A DNA stretch of 64,000 nt from Eledone cirrhosa (Eukaryota): contig OZ024743.1 in NCBI GenBank assembly GCA_964016885.1, forward strand, positions 274,784,001 through 274,848,000, given 5' to 3'. Below, piece after piece: positions 39,079-53,257 of this stretch. The notes beneath the pieces were generated by a model that was given only the letters and a program-made list of their open reading frames with translations, had not been told where the DNA came from and did no database searches. The translations under genes and the position numbers were made by a program. Numbering within the stretch: the stretch's first letter is position 1; each line of letters starts with the position of its first letter.

Positions 39079-39448
39079 GTATATGTATATGTGTATGTAT
39101 ATACAATTGTATATGTATATGTGTATGTATGTATATACACGTTTGTATTCTTGTATCATCAGGTAGGTTTCAACATTTTCTTTCTTTCTTTCTTTTGATG
39201 AGAGGTGAGGTAGGAGTAGGGGGTGAAAGGTAGGGGTAGGGTGGGATGAAAGGTAGGTGTAGGGGGTGGGGTGAAATGTAAGGGTAGGTGGTGGGGTGAA
39301 AGGTAGGTGTAGGGGGTTGTGTGAAAGATAAGGGTAAGAGGTGGGGTGAAAGGTAGGGGTAAGGATGGGGGTGAAAGGTAGGGATGAGAGGAACTAAAAC
39401 AAAATGGTTAAAATTATTTATGAGTAGACAAAATGGCAGTGATATGGG

Positions 39449-40700
39449 TGATGATATTGGTAATTATAGTGTAATGGTGGTGGTGCTGGTGGTGATGGTG
39501 GTGGTGGTGATGGTGGTGGTGGTGGTGTTGGTGGTGATGGTGGCTGAGGTGGTGATGGAGGTGGTGGTGGTGGTGGTGATGATATTGGTAATTATAGTGT
39601 AATGGTGGTGGTGCTGGTGGTGATGGTGGTGGTGGTGATGGTGGTGGTGGTGGTGTTGGTGGTGATGGTGGCTGAGGTGGTGATGGAGGTGGTGGTGGTG
39701 GTGGTGATGATATTGGTAATTATAGTGTAATGGTGGTGGTGCTGGTGGTGATGGTGCTGGTGGTGATGGTGGTGGTGGTGGTGTTGGTGGTGATGGTGGT
39801 GATGGTGGCTGAGGTGGTGATGGTGGTGGTGTTGGTGGTGATGGTGATGGTGGCTGAGGTGGTGATGGAGGTGGTGGTGCTGGTGGTGATGATATTGGTA
39901 ATTATAGTGTAATGGTGGTGGTGCTGGTGGTGATGGTGCTGGTGGTGATGGTGGTGGTGTTTGTGGTGATGGTGGCTGAGGTGGTGATGGAGGTGGTGGT
40001 GGTGGTGGTGATGATATTGGTAATTATAGTGTAATGGTGGTGGTGATGGTGGTGATAGTGGCTGAGGTGGTGATGGTGGCTGAGGTGGTGATGGAGGTGG
40101 TAATGGTGTTGGTGATGGTGTTGGTAATGGTGGTGGTTTGGTGGTTTGGTGGTGGTGGTGGTGGTGGTGGTAGTGATGCTTGAGATTTGTAGTTGGTGAT
40201 GCTGGTGGTGTTCGTGGTGGTGGTGTTGGTGATGGTGGTGGTGGTGGTGAAGGAGGTGGTGGTGGTGGTTTGGTGGTGGTGTTCATGGTGATGGAGGTGA
40301 TGGTGATGGTGGTGGTGGTGTTCGTGATGGTGCTGTTCGTGGTGATGGAGGTGATGGTGGTGGTGGTGGTGGTGGTGGTGGTGGTGGTGGTGGTGATGCT
40401 TGAGATTTCTAGTTGGTGATGCCGGTGGTGTTCGTGGTGGTGGTGTTGGTGATGGTGGTGTTCGTGGTGAAGGAGGTGGTGGTGGTGGTTTGGTGGTGGT
40501 GTTCGTGGTGATGGTGGTGTTCGTGGTGATGGTGGTGGTGGTGGTGGTGGTGATGCTTGAGATTTGTAGTTGGTGATGCTGGTGGTGTTGGTGGTGGTGG
40601 TGTTGGTGATGGTGGTGTCCGTGGTGATGGAGATGATGGTGGTGGTGGTGGTGGTGGTGGTGGTGGTGGTGTCCGTGGTGATGGAGGTGGAGGTGGTGGT
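39449..40700. repeat. (GGT)n-based higher-order tandem repeats
   Basis: Anchor 'gatgatattggtaattatagtgtaatgg' x5 (~39450, 39578, 39706, 39888, 40010) and 'gtgatgcttgagattt.tagttggtgatg' x3 (~40173, 40393, 40550). Confidence 0.92.
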
Positions 40701-41420
40701 GGTGGTTGGGGGGGGGGGGGGTATTGGTGATGAAGGTAGTTATGATGTTGGTGATGGTGTTGTTAGTAATGATGGTGGTGTTGTGGTGGCGTGGTGATGG
40801 TGATGATGATGGTGATTGTGATGTTGGGTCTTTGGATGCGGTGATGTCGGCTGTAGTAGTTGTGGTGTTGATGGTGGTGGTAGTGTTGGTGGTTTGCGAG
40901 TGGTGATGGTGGTGATAGTGGTAGTGGTGATGGTGGTTGTGATGCTGGGTATTTGGAGATGGTGATGTCGGCTGTAATAGTTGCGATGGTGACGGTGGTC
41001 GAGATGGTGGTGGTGATGGTAGTGGTTCGATGATAGTGGTGGTGGTGGTGGTTTAACCTTTGATAAGAGTAGTTGTAATGATGATGATGCTAGTTGTTGT
41101 AATGTTCGTGTGGTTGGAGATGTATGTAGTTTTGTTATTGGAGGTGTTAAACTGTGGTAATGCTTCCATTCATACACCTCCTCCTCCTCCTCCTCCTCCT
41201 TCCCCGCCACCTCCTCCTCCTTCCCCGCTACCTCCTCCTTTTATCCATTCTTCCCCATTCTTCTACTTCTTCAACGATTTTTATTGTCATTATTGTTGTT
41301 CTTATTTTGAGCTTTATCATCATCATCATCATCATAAATAAATTACTATTATTATTATCAATATTATTATTGTTATTATTAATATTATTATTTTTATTTT
41401 TATTATTACCATTATCCCCT

Positions 41421-41460
<40 letters not shown>

Positions 41461-42212
41461 GAGACAGAGAGAGAGACAGAGAAAGAGACAGAGAGAGAGA
41501 GACAGAGAGAGGGGGAGAGAGAGAGGGGGAAGACAGAGAGAGAAAACCGTTTGATGTTGGGTAAATGACTTGGGTTCGGTTCAACGGGAGACACAGGAAG
41601 GAATACATTACATCTCAAGGGGGGGGGGTAGATGAAGATAGAGAAACAGGCAGTCTGGTTCCTAATTCTTTGGATATAACAAGGTGTTGCACAGAATTGG
41701 TATTTGTATGTCTATATTTGTAGGAGGGGATTTGCAGCTAGGGTAAGTTGGGAAGGGAGGGAAGTGGGAGGGTAGGATTGGCGAGTTAGGCAGGTAGGGG
41801 AAGGGGGGAAGTGGGGGTGAGAGGCTGGAGTTAGGAAGGTAGGGAAAGAGGGGGAAGTAGGTAGGGTTGAGAAAGGAGAGAAACGAGAGGAAGGGAGGTA
41901 GAAGTTCTGTGTGTGTTGTGTGGAGTGTGTAAGGATTTGGTAAACACGCAGCTTGGTGCCTAATTCCTATGGTATAACAAGGTGTTGCACAGAGGTGTGT
42001 TTGAGTGTCTAGGGAGGTTGAAGCTAGGTGAGTAGGGTAAAGGAGGGAGGTAGATATAGATATGTAGGAAAGGGTGTATGGTGGGTAAGAATGATTAGGA
42101 AATGATAGGGGAGAGATAGAGAAAGGGTGTGGGGAGACTTTTGAGTAAAATATTACGTGAGATATGAAGGAAGTTTTAAGAACCAATAATAAAGTGAAAG
42201 AATGTCTCTCAA

Positions 42213-42273
<61 letters not shown>

Positions 42274-42274
42274 G

Positions 42275-42299
<25 letters not shown>

Positions 42300-42306
<7 letters not shown>

Positions 42307-42570
42307 TATATATATATGTATGTATGTATATGTATATGTGTATACACACAAACACATGCATATAATCATATGTATATGTACATATATGCATACATATATA
42401 TGTACATACGCTTATATACATATATACGCTTATATACATATATATACGCATATATATATATACATATATATATATGCGCATATATATGTATATAAGCGTA
42501 TATCTATATATGTGCATATACATATATATATAAATAAATATATACATATATATATATTTAGTCTTCAAAT

Positions 42571-42604
<34 letters not shown>

Positions 42605-42658
42605 TGTGTATATATATATATATATAGTAATAATAATAAATTTGAAGACTAAATATAT

Positions 42659-42754
<96 letters not shown>

Positions 42755-42757
42755 GTG

Positions 42758-42789
<32 letters not shown>

Positions 42790-43040
42790 ATTTGAAGACT
42801 AAATATATATATATGTATATATTTATCTATATATATATGTATATGCACATATATAGATATACGCTTATAAACATATATATACGCATATATATATGTATAT
42901 ATATATATGCGTATATATATGTATATAAGCGTATATATGTATATAAGCGTATGTACATATATATGTATGCATATATGTACATATACATATGATTATATGC
43001 ACGTGTTTGTGTGTATACACATATACATATACATACATAC

Positions 43041-43055
<15 letters not shown>
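42300..43055. repeat. AT-rich inverted repeat with ~285-bp arms around (AT)n
   Basis: 42300-42590 is the reverse complement of ~42775-43055 (anchors tttagtcttcaaatt / aatttgaagactaaa and acacacaaacac / gtgtttgtgtgt). Confidence 0.85.
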
Positions 43056-43111
<56 letters not shown>

Positions 43112-43112
43112 C

Positions 43113-43217
<105 letters not shown>

Positions 43218-43635
43218 CACATACGGATACGCATATATATATATATATATATTATTTAAACACACGCACGCACACAAATATACATTTGAAAGGAAAGGAA
43301 GGTGTTGGAACGTGGCGAGGTATGATGACATCATGATGATACGATACGGATAACCCTTTTGCGGCTTTCTTTACTTTAAACAGCCATTTTTTATTCTTAC
43401 ATATTATGATTATTTTATTTTATCTTATTTTATTTTATGTGTTTACTTATTGTTAATTTATTACTTTTAAGAGCTGTTTTCTTTCCAAACATATACGGAA
43501 TGAACTGTTTTGCTATGACGCATCCATCGATTTCTGCTGTTTGATAAAGAGGAAGTGAAAACAGAGAAAATATATAAATTGAAAAATTATGATATATATA
43601 CAGTATATACATACATATATAGGTATATATATACA

Positions 43636-43728
<93 letters not shown>

Positions 43729-43801
43729 TAAGAGAGAGAGAGATAGATATATAGATATACATATATATATACAAACATATATATATATATATGCATATTT
43801 A

Positions 43802-43839
<38 letters not shown>

Positions 43840-44887
43840 TATATATATTTATATACAGTATATACATACATATACACACGCACACACACACATATATATA
43901 TATATATATGCATATCATGTATATTTGAGAGAAACAAATAAATATAAAGCCACGCCTATACCATGTTAAGTTTTGATTTCCTGTTTATATTTTGAATTTC
44001 ATTCATTTTCTTCTTCTTCTTTCTTTCTTTTATTCCTTCATTCTTTCCTTCTTTCCTTCAAACTTTTCTTTTTATTTCTTTCGTTCTTTCTTTTTCTTTC
44101 TTATTTTTTTATTTCTTACTTCTTTGGCATGGTAGAGAACAGATGCTGACTTGGCACAGTTGCTCACGTACGAGTTCGAATTCTCGGCTCCAGAGGGCAA
44201 ATTGAAATAACTATGTTACCATCGCCACTAACACAATCCACAGTCACTAACACAACCCCCACACCACCACCACCCCAAACCACCACAGCATCACAACCAC
44301 CATTACCACCACCACTGCCTCTACCACAACCACCACACCACCACCACCCTAAACCACCACAGCATCACAACCTCCATTACCACCACCACCACCACCACAA
44401 CTACCATCACCACCACCTCCACCACAAACATCCCCCCCCCAAAACCACCACCAGCATCACAATTACCCCCCACCACCACCACAACTACAACCACCTCCAC
44501 CACAACCATCGCCCCCAAACCACCACCAGCATCACAACTACCATCACAACCACCACCACCACCACCACCACAACTACCATCACCACCTAACCACCACCAC
44601 CCCTCACCGCCACCACAACAACAACCCCCACCTCTATCAACCACCCCCACCACAACCACCCCCACCTCCATCAACACTAGTACTGCCGTTGCGATAAATT
44701 GTAAGATACTCCAACAAAAACTTTAAAAAATGATTTCTGAAAATGTCAAACTTAGAACAGTCGTGAGATTAATTTTTCATTCTTCTCGGAATGACAAATC
44801 TATAATTTGAAAAAAGAAATCCACGCGCGAGGAAGAGAAATGTATATTTATAGTACTAAGCATATTTCATATTAAGTTATATTTATA

Positions 44888-45224
44888 TTTGCCTTTCATC
44901 CTTACGGGGTCGATAAAATAAAGTACCAGTAATGCACTGGGTAATTGCTGGCCTTGTGCCTAAAGTAGAAACAATTATATTATGTTATTATATTATATTA
45001 TATTATATATTATATAAGGGATTATATATATTATATAAGGGATTGGCAGTATCGGTAGAGGGTCGGACGCCATGCTTTGACGCGTAGAGTTACGGCCCTT
45101 GCCATTCTGAGTTCAAATCCCGCCGAGGTTAACTTTGCCTTTCATCCTTACGAGGTTGATAAAATAAAGTACCAGTAATGTACTGGGTAATTGCTGGCCT
45201 TGTGCCAAAAGTAGAAACAATTAT
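44888..45224 (+). mobile_element. Two tandem S1 SINEs (truncated 44888-44978, near full-length 45040-45224)
   Basis: A/B boxes and body; the second sits in the (ATTAT)n tail of the first. Confidence 0.88.
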
Positions 45225-45257
45225 ATTATATTATACACTCACACAAACACGTATATG

Positions 45258-45300
<43 letters not shown>

Positions 45301-45547
45301 ATGAATATGTATGTGTGCATGTATATATATGTGTTTGTGTGTATCATTAAATTAAACCGTTCACAGATTTTCTCCCCTCGTAGGTACGTTACATGTAGGT
45401 AAGTAGGAAACGGGGTTATTTCTTCGTTGATCTTGTCTTTTGTTTAGTGCCAGGTTAGCCTGAGCTGGTCGAAATGGCTTCTGATCAAAGGCATTCCAAC
45501 CGTGACCATGCCGTCTGATTTTTTATGTATTTTAAATATTATATTTT

Positions 45548-45661
45548 AGTTCAAATCCCGCCGAGGTTAACTTTGCCTTTCATCCTTACGGGGTCGATAA
45601 AATAAAGTACCAGTAATGCACTGGTGATTGCTGGCCTTGTGCCAAAAGTAGAAACAATTAT
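45548..45661 (+). mobile_element. 5'-truncated S1 SINE with 13-bp TSD
   Basis: TSD attatattttagt at 45538-45550 and 45657-45669. Confidence 0.88.
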
Positions 45662-45689
45662 ATTTTAGTATATCTAGGGCAAGACTACG

Positions 45690-46010
45690 AATTTACAGAG
45701 TCGTTAGAATGTCGGATAGAATGCTTTGCGGTATTTGTTGCAGTTCCCAACACTCTGAGTTCAAATCCCGCCGAGGTCAACTTTGTCTTTCATCCTTTCG
45801 ACGTCCAGAAACAAGTACCAGTCAAGTACTGGTGTCGATTCTTCATCTATATTTCTTTCTCACTTCCTATCTATCACATACACGCACTCTCTCCCTCTTC
45901 TTCTCTGGAAGAAATCGAACGTGTTTAGACCTGGTGAGGAGATGGTCTCCACCAGGTTTTTAAATGCCCAAGAAACACCACATGTCACTAGGGTGCCCGA
46001 TACGACTAGA
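45690..46010 (+). mobile_element. Long-tailed S1-related SINE
   Basis: B box gagttcaaatcc; tail shared with 18255-18522. Confidence 0.75.
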
Positions 46011-46522
46011 CCAGGAGCTACCGGTACATACATATCTTGGGTGAAATCATATTTTACTCTTATACTGTTTACTCGGGGAGGGAATTGCAGCAGCTGATTA
46101 TTTTCAGGGCCTCAGAGACTGGTAAGAGGATGGGAGGAATATCTTCTGACTGGGAACCTGATCTGAATACTTGCAAGGTCCAGATTGTGTTGTTAAATTG
46201 GGTGTCGGATTAAGTTTTCTACCGAGGAACAGAAGAATTTGTACTCAGCATTCAGAGAGTCGGAACTAATATCACAAGGCATCTATATTAGTTCATCACA
46301 ACAGAAAGGATGAAAGACAAAGTTGTGGAACCAAGCAAGCAACCGAAAATTTATAAATTTAAAAAATAAAAAAAAATTTTTTTTATTTTTTTATTTATAA
46401 TAAATTGGAGTGAAAGCAACTGGTGCGTGTGTTTCTTTTTGGCAACATGAACCTTCCAAAGTATAACTATCGGTTTCAACACACGTTTTCAGATAAAGAA
46501 TCTTGCTAAACAAATTCAGAAA

Positions 46523-46558
<36 letters not shown>

Positions 46559-46897
46559 GGCAGAGCTGTTCTCTACTAGATAATGGGTCACAGGTGGCGA
46601 ATAGCGATACTGCGATCAGATATGATCGTCAGTTGCGATATAAGCGGGCACCTAAGGGTGAATAAGCAAACTCGGACCAACATCGATGCACTACTTGGGA
46701 AGATGGAGCAATGGGTAACACCTTCAGCTCCCAAAAAATTATCACAACCCAATGATGTAGCTATGATAACGCAAATAAGGGGGGTTTCTAAAAAGCCTAG
46801 TCTTCACGGGCCTGAGAAAAGTACCAGATTTGTGGCTGACGTGAATAAGACCACGAAAACTGCAATATGGTGAGTTTTGAATTATAGGTACAGTCCA

Positions 46898-47052
46898 TAC
46901 GGCGGCCTTCCAAATATTTTCCGTCAACCAAATTTCACTCACATGGCATGAGTCGCCCCGAGACTATAATAAATAACATGTGTCCAAGATGTCACGTAAT
47001 GGGATCGAAACCGGGACCTAATCATTGCTAACCTCGTAATCATTTGGTCATG
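46898..47052 (-). mobile_element. tRNA-derived SINE (same family as 6519-6675)
   Basis: 'ttccgtc.accaaatttcactcaca.ggc' body. Confidence 0.65.
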
Positions 47053-47310
47053 CTACGTACATGTATGTTTATGAGTGTATATATATATTTGTGTATGTGT
47101 GCGCACTCATGCGTATATATATTTCGGTGTGTGCGCGCACTCGTGCATATATATATATATGAGAAAATTTGCTCCGAAGGAACCTGCAGCCGTAGAATCA
47201 GCCAGATCCATGCAGTGATCATGTCTCGAGCTACCTGCCGGCGAAACAATTGTAACACGCAATAAACTGAGTCCAGATGCATCACTGACTTTTCGTTTTT
47301 ATACTATATA

Positions 47311-47377
<67 letters not shown>

Positions 47378-47408
47378 AAAAATGTTCGCACTACATGGCT
47401 GAATACAA

Positions 47409-47935
47409 TAAATATAATCTGAGTTTTCGAATATTAATAACATTCGATTCGTTTGGAATTATGCAAACAAGCCTCATTTATAAAGCCATGTCAGTAGAAT
47501 GAACCCTTCATACTTGCTCTTGTGTTGGCATGTAAACAGAACTGCCGGCATGTAAAGCCGGCCATTTATCGCTCGTATACAGGAAACTGACTGGCCAGTC
47601 TGCTGATATACAAATCTGGCTGATCAGTGGATCTGCTAATATGCAGATCTGACTGATCAGCCAGTCTGCTATTATGCAAATCAGGCCGATCAGTCACTGT
47701 ATATTTTAGAAAATAGCATTATTTTCACGAGCTCTGACAGTTGGCAGGTGAACAGTGAGCTGTACTGATGAAGGGTTATACCCAGAAACATTAGTGTCTG
47801 CAGTTCTGTTTACATGCCAACACAAGAGCAAAAATCAAGGGTTCATTCTACTGAAATGGCTTTAAAAATGAGGCTTGTTTGCATAATTGCAAACGAATCG
47901 AATGTTATTATTAATATTCGAAAAACCCAGATTAC

Positions 47936-47940
<5 letters not shown>
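47409..47940 (+). mobile_element. Hammerhead-containing fold-back element with ~138-bp inverted termini
   Basis: 47409-47545 is the reverse complement of 47800-47940; ribozyme at 47757-47806; (TA)n at the right flank and nearby on the left. Confidence 0.82.
47757..47806 (+). ncRNA. Minimal type-I hammerhead ribozyme
   Basis: Stem I gagctgta/tgcagttc, CUGAUGA 47765-47771, stem II gggt/accc (A-A at its base), GAAA 47785-47788, stem III cattagtg, GUC cleavage after 47798. Confidence 0.8.
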
Positions 47941-47976
<36 letters not shown>

Positions 47977-48437
47977 TTCAAGTTATCAACAATGTAGTGA
48001 TAATATATCGTCACGTTAGAGATGAACAGCGTACGTGTAGGTTTGCTCAACGAGTATAAATTATATTCCGGAGAAAATGTAGAAAAGATGAATATAAAAT
48101 GAAAGTGCTTTTATAAAGGAATTTATTAGGTATTGACATATGTTTCTGTAACAGACGGAATACCTATGTATTGCTGCTTGCGTAATCATATAATGTTAGC
48201 AAGTATTCGATAGCAAATGTATAATCAGTTGTCACTTCTTCAGAGATATTGGATAAATTGGAAAAAATCAGAAAAATCAAAGTATTTATATTAGTTGTAA
48301 AAAAAGGAAGAAGAGAAGGGATAGTATATAACAGATGGCAATTCAATTTGCTGGTAAACAAGTATATAGAAAGTTTTTAATGAGAATACAATGAGTATAT
48401 GGGTTATTTTATCTAAATAAGAATTTTTGGGAGTGCC

Positions 48438-48487
<50 letters not shown>

Positions 48488-48598
48488 TACAATCGATTCA
48501 TAATAAATTAGCTCTACTGTTATAGATCATTTTTTTCTTCTTGGCTCTCTCTCATTACACGCGTTCATACACACATACATAAACACACATACACACGC

Positions 48599-48630
<32 letters not shown>

Positions 48631-48719
48631 ACATCAAGCAATTCAGATAAATATTGTCATGATCTCTAGCAATCGTAAAAGGAAAATCCCTTAAATCCGT
48701 GCATAAATCTGGTAAGACG

Positions 48720-49371
48720 GACAACACAACAATACAAGCACCACCACCTCCACCAGCGATAACGCCACCAGTCATGAACACAAGCAACATCAACAATACG
48801 AACACCACAAACAACAACAATGTCACCGCCACCACCACCACCAGCACCCCCACCAGCACCACCACAAACAACAACATCAGCAACAATACAAACATCACCA
48901 CCACCACCACCACCACCACCACCACCACCACCACAAACAACAACAACAGCAACACTACAAACGTCACCACCACCACCACCACCACCACCACCACCACCAC
49001 AAACAACAGCAACAGCAACACTACAAACGTCACCACCACTACCACCACCATCACCGACACCACCACCACCACAAACAATAACAACAACAGTAACAATACA
49101 AACGCCACCAACATCTCCAATGTCACCGCCACTACCAATACCACCACCTCCACCACCACCACAAACAACAATAACAGTAGCAGCAACAGCAGCAGCAACA
49201 ACAACAGTAGTAGCAGCAATAACAACAATAACAGTGAAAATAAAATCAGCAACAACAGCAGCAATAATATCATCCATGGTGACAACAACGCCATTAAGAC
49301 AAGACAATCACCACCACCACCGCCACCACCAACAACAACAACACCAACAACACCAACAACAACAACACCAA

Positions 49372-49403
<32 letters not shown>

Positions 49404-50100
49404 CTAATGATACCAACATCATGATGAGAGCAACGATTACCCTCTTCCCTTATCTCCACCACCACCACAATCACCACCTCCACCACTACTACCACCACCA
49501 CCATCACCACCACCACCATCACAACCATCACAATCACCATCACAACCCTCACAATCACCATCACCACCATCACCACCACCACCGCCACAATCACCACCAC
49601 CACTACCACGATCACCACTACTACAATCACCACTACCACAATCACAGTCACCCCACCACCACCACCACCATCATCACCACCACAATCACCACAATCACCA
49701 CTACTACAATCACCACCACCACCATCACCACCACCACAATCACCACCACCACCACCACCACAATCACCACCACCACTACCACCACCACAATCGCAATCAC
49801 CACCACCACCACCGGCACCACAATCACCACCACCACTACCACCACCACAATCACCACCACCACCACCACCACAATCACCACCACCACCACCACCACCACA
49901 ATCACCACCACCACCACCACCGCTAACTGCATCAATAACGTCATCCATAGTGACAACCTCGACAATAACAGCAACAAGAACAACAATAACGATCCCAACA
50001 TCACCAATATCTGGACGCCAACGCCGCTACCGCCATCATCATCACTAACAACAACAACAATATCCACATTCACAAACAATAACAATAACAACAGACTTCC
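48720..50100. repeat. (ACC/AAC/AGC)n low-complexity region
   Basis: Directly visible; several frames are open only because of codon-length repeats. Confidence 0.92.
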
Positions 50101-50466
50101 TCTTCATTTTGTTTGTATTGATATTGTTGTTGTTGTTGATGTTGTGTTATCATGACATGACTTAGCTGGAAATGAAACTACTCGGAATATTTTTATTACT
50201 CCCATAAATATTTATCACTGAAATATTACTGATAGTGTGTTACTAGAATATTTATTTTCTAGTGAAATAAATAAAAGCCCCATTCTGGAAAATATGAAGG
50301 AAAAGATATAGCATCTTTAGCAGACGACCGTCAAACATGGCACACCCATTGAGTTTTACTTCGCCCTATCTCCGCCATCTTGTTGGCAGCTTAGTCAAGA
50401 TTGTTGATTAGCAAATAGCAAATAACAAAAGTATTTCATAAGCAATGTCCCACCACCAACACCACC

Positions 50467-50498
<32 letters not shown>

Positions 50499-51548
50499 CT
50501 TCTTCTTCTTCTTCTTCTTCTTCTTCTTCTTCTTCTTCTTCTTCTTCTTCTTCTTCTTCTTCTTCTCACATTCTCTTGTTATGTCTTTCAATTTCTTTTT
50601 GTTTTTATTATTGTCTTTAATTTAACCCCAACTGAGCAGACATATAACGAAACCTGTTCCAACCGTGACCCCTTCAACATTGCGAGAATTTATCATCGAA
50701 TATAACATTTAATATTCAGCAGTGGTGAATCAACATGCAAGAGATAGTATACAAATCTTCCTAAAACTAAACCCTGCTGTTTTTAAAAAAACGGAACAGA
50801 CGTTTCAACTAGTTTTCTCCATTGCTGATACAATCAGTCGGATGTAACACTTGGTAAAAGCACCGGTGGTTTTCTGGTAACAGGGGGCGGAATTTGAGCT
50901 CAGAATGCATAGAGCCGCAACAAGGCACCTTCTTGAACTGGTACTTTATTTCATCAACCTTGAAGAATTAAAGGTAAATTTGACCTCGGCGGTATTTGAA
51001 CTCAGCGCATAGAGAGTCGGAGCAAATTTCACAAGCATTATTTCAAACGCCTCAACGATAATTCACCGTTAACTTTAATCGTAGATCTATATATTTCCAA
51101 TGCGAGAGTAATCCCATACACACACGTACACGCACACAGACGCGCGCGCGCGCCTTGTGTGTTGGGTGGAGTTGTTTGTGTGTATTCTTCTGGTTAAGTC
51201 TGATGAGACTTTTTAGGACCTCCGAGACTGGTGTGAGAGAGGGTCATATCCTCAAACAAGAGACCTGGTCCAAGTGCTTGCAAAGAAGTGGACCTTGATA
51301 AAACCAACCAAAAGTCGAATGATGGCATTAAACCAGGCAATGGAGACTATGTCTATCAGTCAAATAGGCGACAGCGATATTGGAGCTCAAAAAGGAAAGA
51401 ACCGAAGTATATACTGCACGATCTCTCGTCTGATACTCCAACAATTCCGCTGGGCGGGTATTTTATTTTATCGACACAGAAAGGATGAAATGCAATGTTA
51501 ACATCACCGTGATTTGAACTCAGAGAGCCGGCGGCAAGGTTAAGATAA

Positions 51549-51767
51549 ATATGGTTTCTTATATAGGCACAAGGCCATCAATTTTGGGGGAGTGGAAAGT
51601 CGATTAAATCGATCCAATGCGTGACTGGTACTTTATTTTATAGACCCCGTGAGGATGAAAGGCAAAGTTAACCTCGGCGGGATTTGAACTAAGATCATAA
51701 AGGGCCGTAAATCTATGCTGCAAAGCATGGCGTCCGACTGTCTACCGATACTGCCAATCCACCGCCC
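51549..51767 (-). mobile_element. S1-family SINE (longer variant) with probable 13-bp TSD
   Basis: ttaagataaatat at 51540-51552 and 51775-51787; A box tggcagtatcgg on the minus strand. Confidence 0.82.
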
Positions 51768-51944
51768 TCAGGGCTTAAGATAAATATACAACGACGAAAA
51801 CAATTGAAATGAAAATGGCCCTTAATCTGTTTAGGGCTATCGGCAACAGCACTCATACGAGTACATTATTCATCGGTAATCTAAATATTAAGTGTTTGCA
51901 GCGGTAACACACCCAGATTCTATTCCGTCTTCAATATGTGTGTT

Positions 51945-52210
51945 GGTCCTCCGTCGGATCCGATGACCGATGTTTCAGTTGTCCGAACAATGAAACCCCA
52001 AAAAGTAATTCTCGGGAGATGCAGCCTGAAACAGTGTGTGGCAAGCTTGACTCTTTGAATTACAGGTACAACTATTTTTGGCAGCCGAGTGGACTGGAGC
52101 AGCGTAAAATAAAGTGTTTTGCAGAAAGACACAACGTGTCGCCCGAATTCAAACTCATGACCTTACAATCGTGAACCGAACACCTTACCTACTAAGCCAC
52201 ACACCTTCAC
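51945..52210 (-). mobile_element. tRNA-derived SINE (family of 4008-4290)
   Basis: Minus strand 'gtgaaggtgtgtggcttagtagg'; body 'gactggagca.cgt.aaataaagtg' on the plus strand. Confidence 0.7.
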
Positions 52211-52507
52211 ATCTTCAATATATTAAGTTGTAAATTAATTGCGACTAACGTTAATTAATATAAAATTAACCTCCAAATGCTCCACCTTTAACAACAACTG
52301 TAGCAACAACAATAACAACAAGGATAATAACGTCGACAACAAATTATATTTACCTGTCCTCCTTTTCTTCCCTAAATTATTCTCATTCTCTCTGTCTCTT
52401 TCTACTTCCTCCCGAATTAAGCTCACCTGGAAATAATTAAATTATTTCCTAATTTCCAGTGCGCTCGAACACACACACACGTATATGCATATTCATCAAT
52501 ACCTATA

Positions 52508-52571
<64 letters not shown>

Positions 52572-52624
52572 ATATATTATTTATATATATTATATATATT
52601 ATATATATATATATATATACATAT

Positions 52625-52752
<128 letters not shown>

Positions 52753-53257
52753 GCATATATATATATACACACATATATACATATATATACATATCCATGC
52801 CATGGTCCCTAAACTCCTGTTGGAGTCGTATGGGCGCCGTTGTAACATACTTATATACGTCTCGGGCATATATGTATACATATACCTACACAAATACACA
52901 AATACCTGACACATCGAGTTATATTTTTAACTTAGACGCCTCATGACAACTTCCGTAGGGAAATTAGTAAACAGATTTGGTGTTTTCCGCCTCTTATCAT
53001 TCAGGACGGAACTTTCTGCAAGACCGCTTTATCGCATCGTACGCTGACAGAGTTCATTTCAACTTATATTCCGTAATATAGCTGAGTGAGTGGAGAAAGG
53101 GCAACATCTATGATATTTTCTATGGTCACCGTGTCTAATGGTAGGAAGGGAGGAAGTTATCTTCAAAATCGGGGTGCGGCTTGAATGTTTGCAACAGTGA
53201 AGACTCTACTATAGGTACTCAAGAGGTAGATGTGTGAAACTGGGCGATGGGTTAAGG

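Noticed and set aside
39449-40040. Regularly spaced ~28-bp anchor resembling a CRISPR repeat
   Set aside because: Intervening sequences are near-identical (GGT)n tracts rather than unique spacers; eukaryotic context and no cas genes.
47235-47262. GAAA-caattg-UA (3' half of a hammerhead)
   Set aside because: No upstream CUGANGA found.
48527-50155. Long Thr/Asn/His/Val-rich ORFs
   Set aside because: Same trinucleotide-repeat artefact.
50372-50381. YY1-like motif ccgccatctt suggesting a promoter
   Set aside because: Single short motif with no other promoter or gene evidence.
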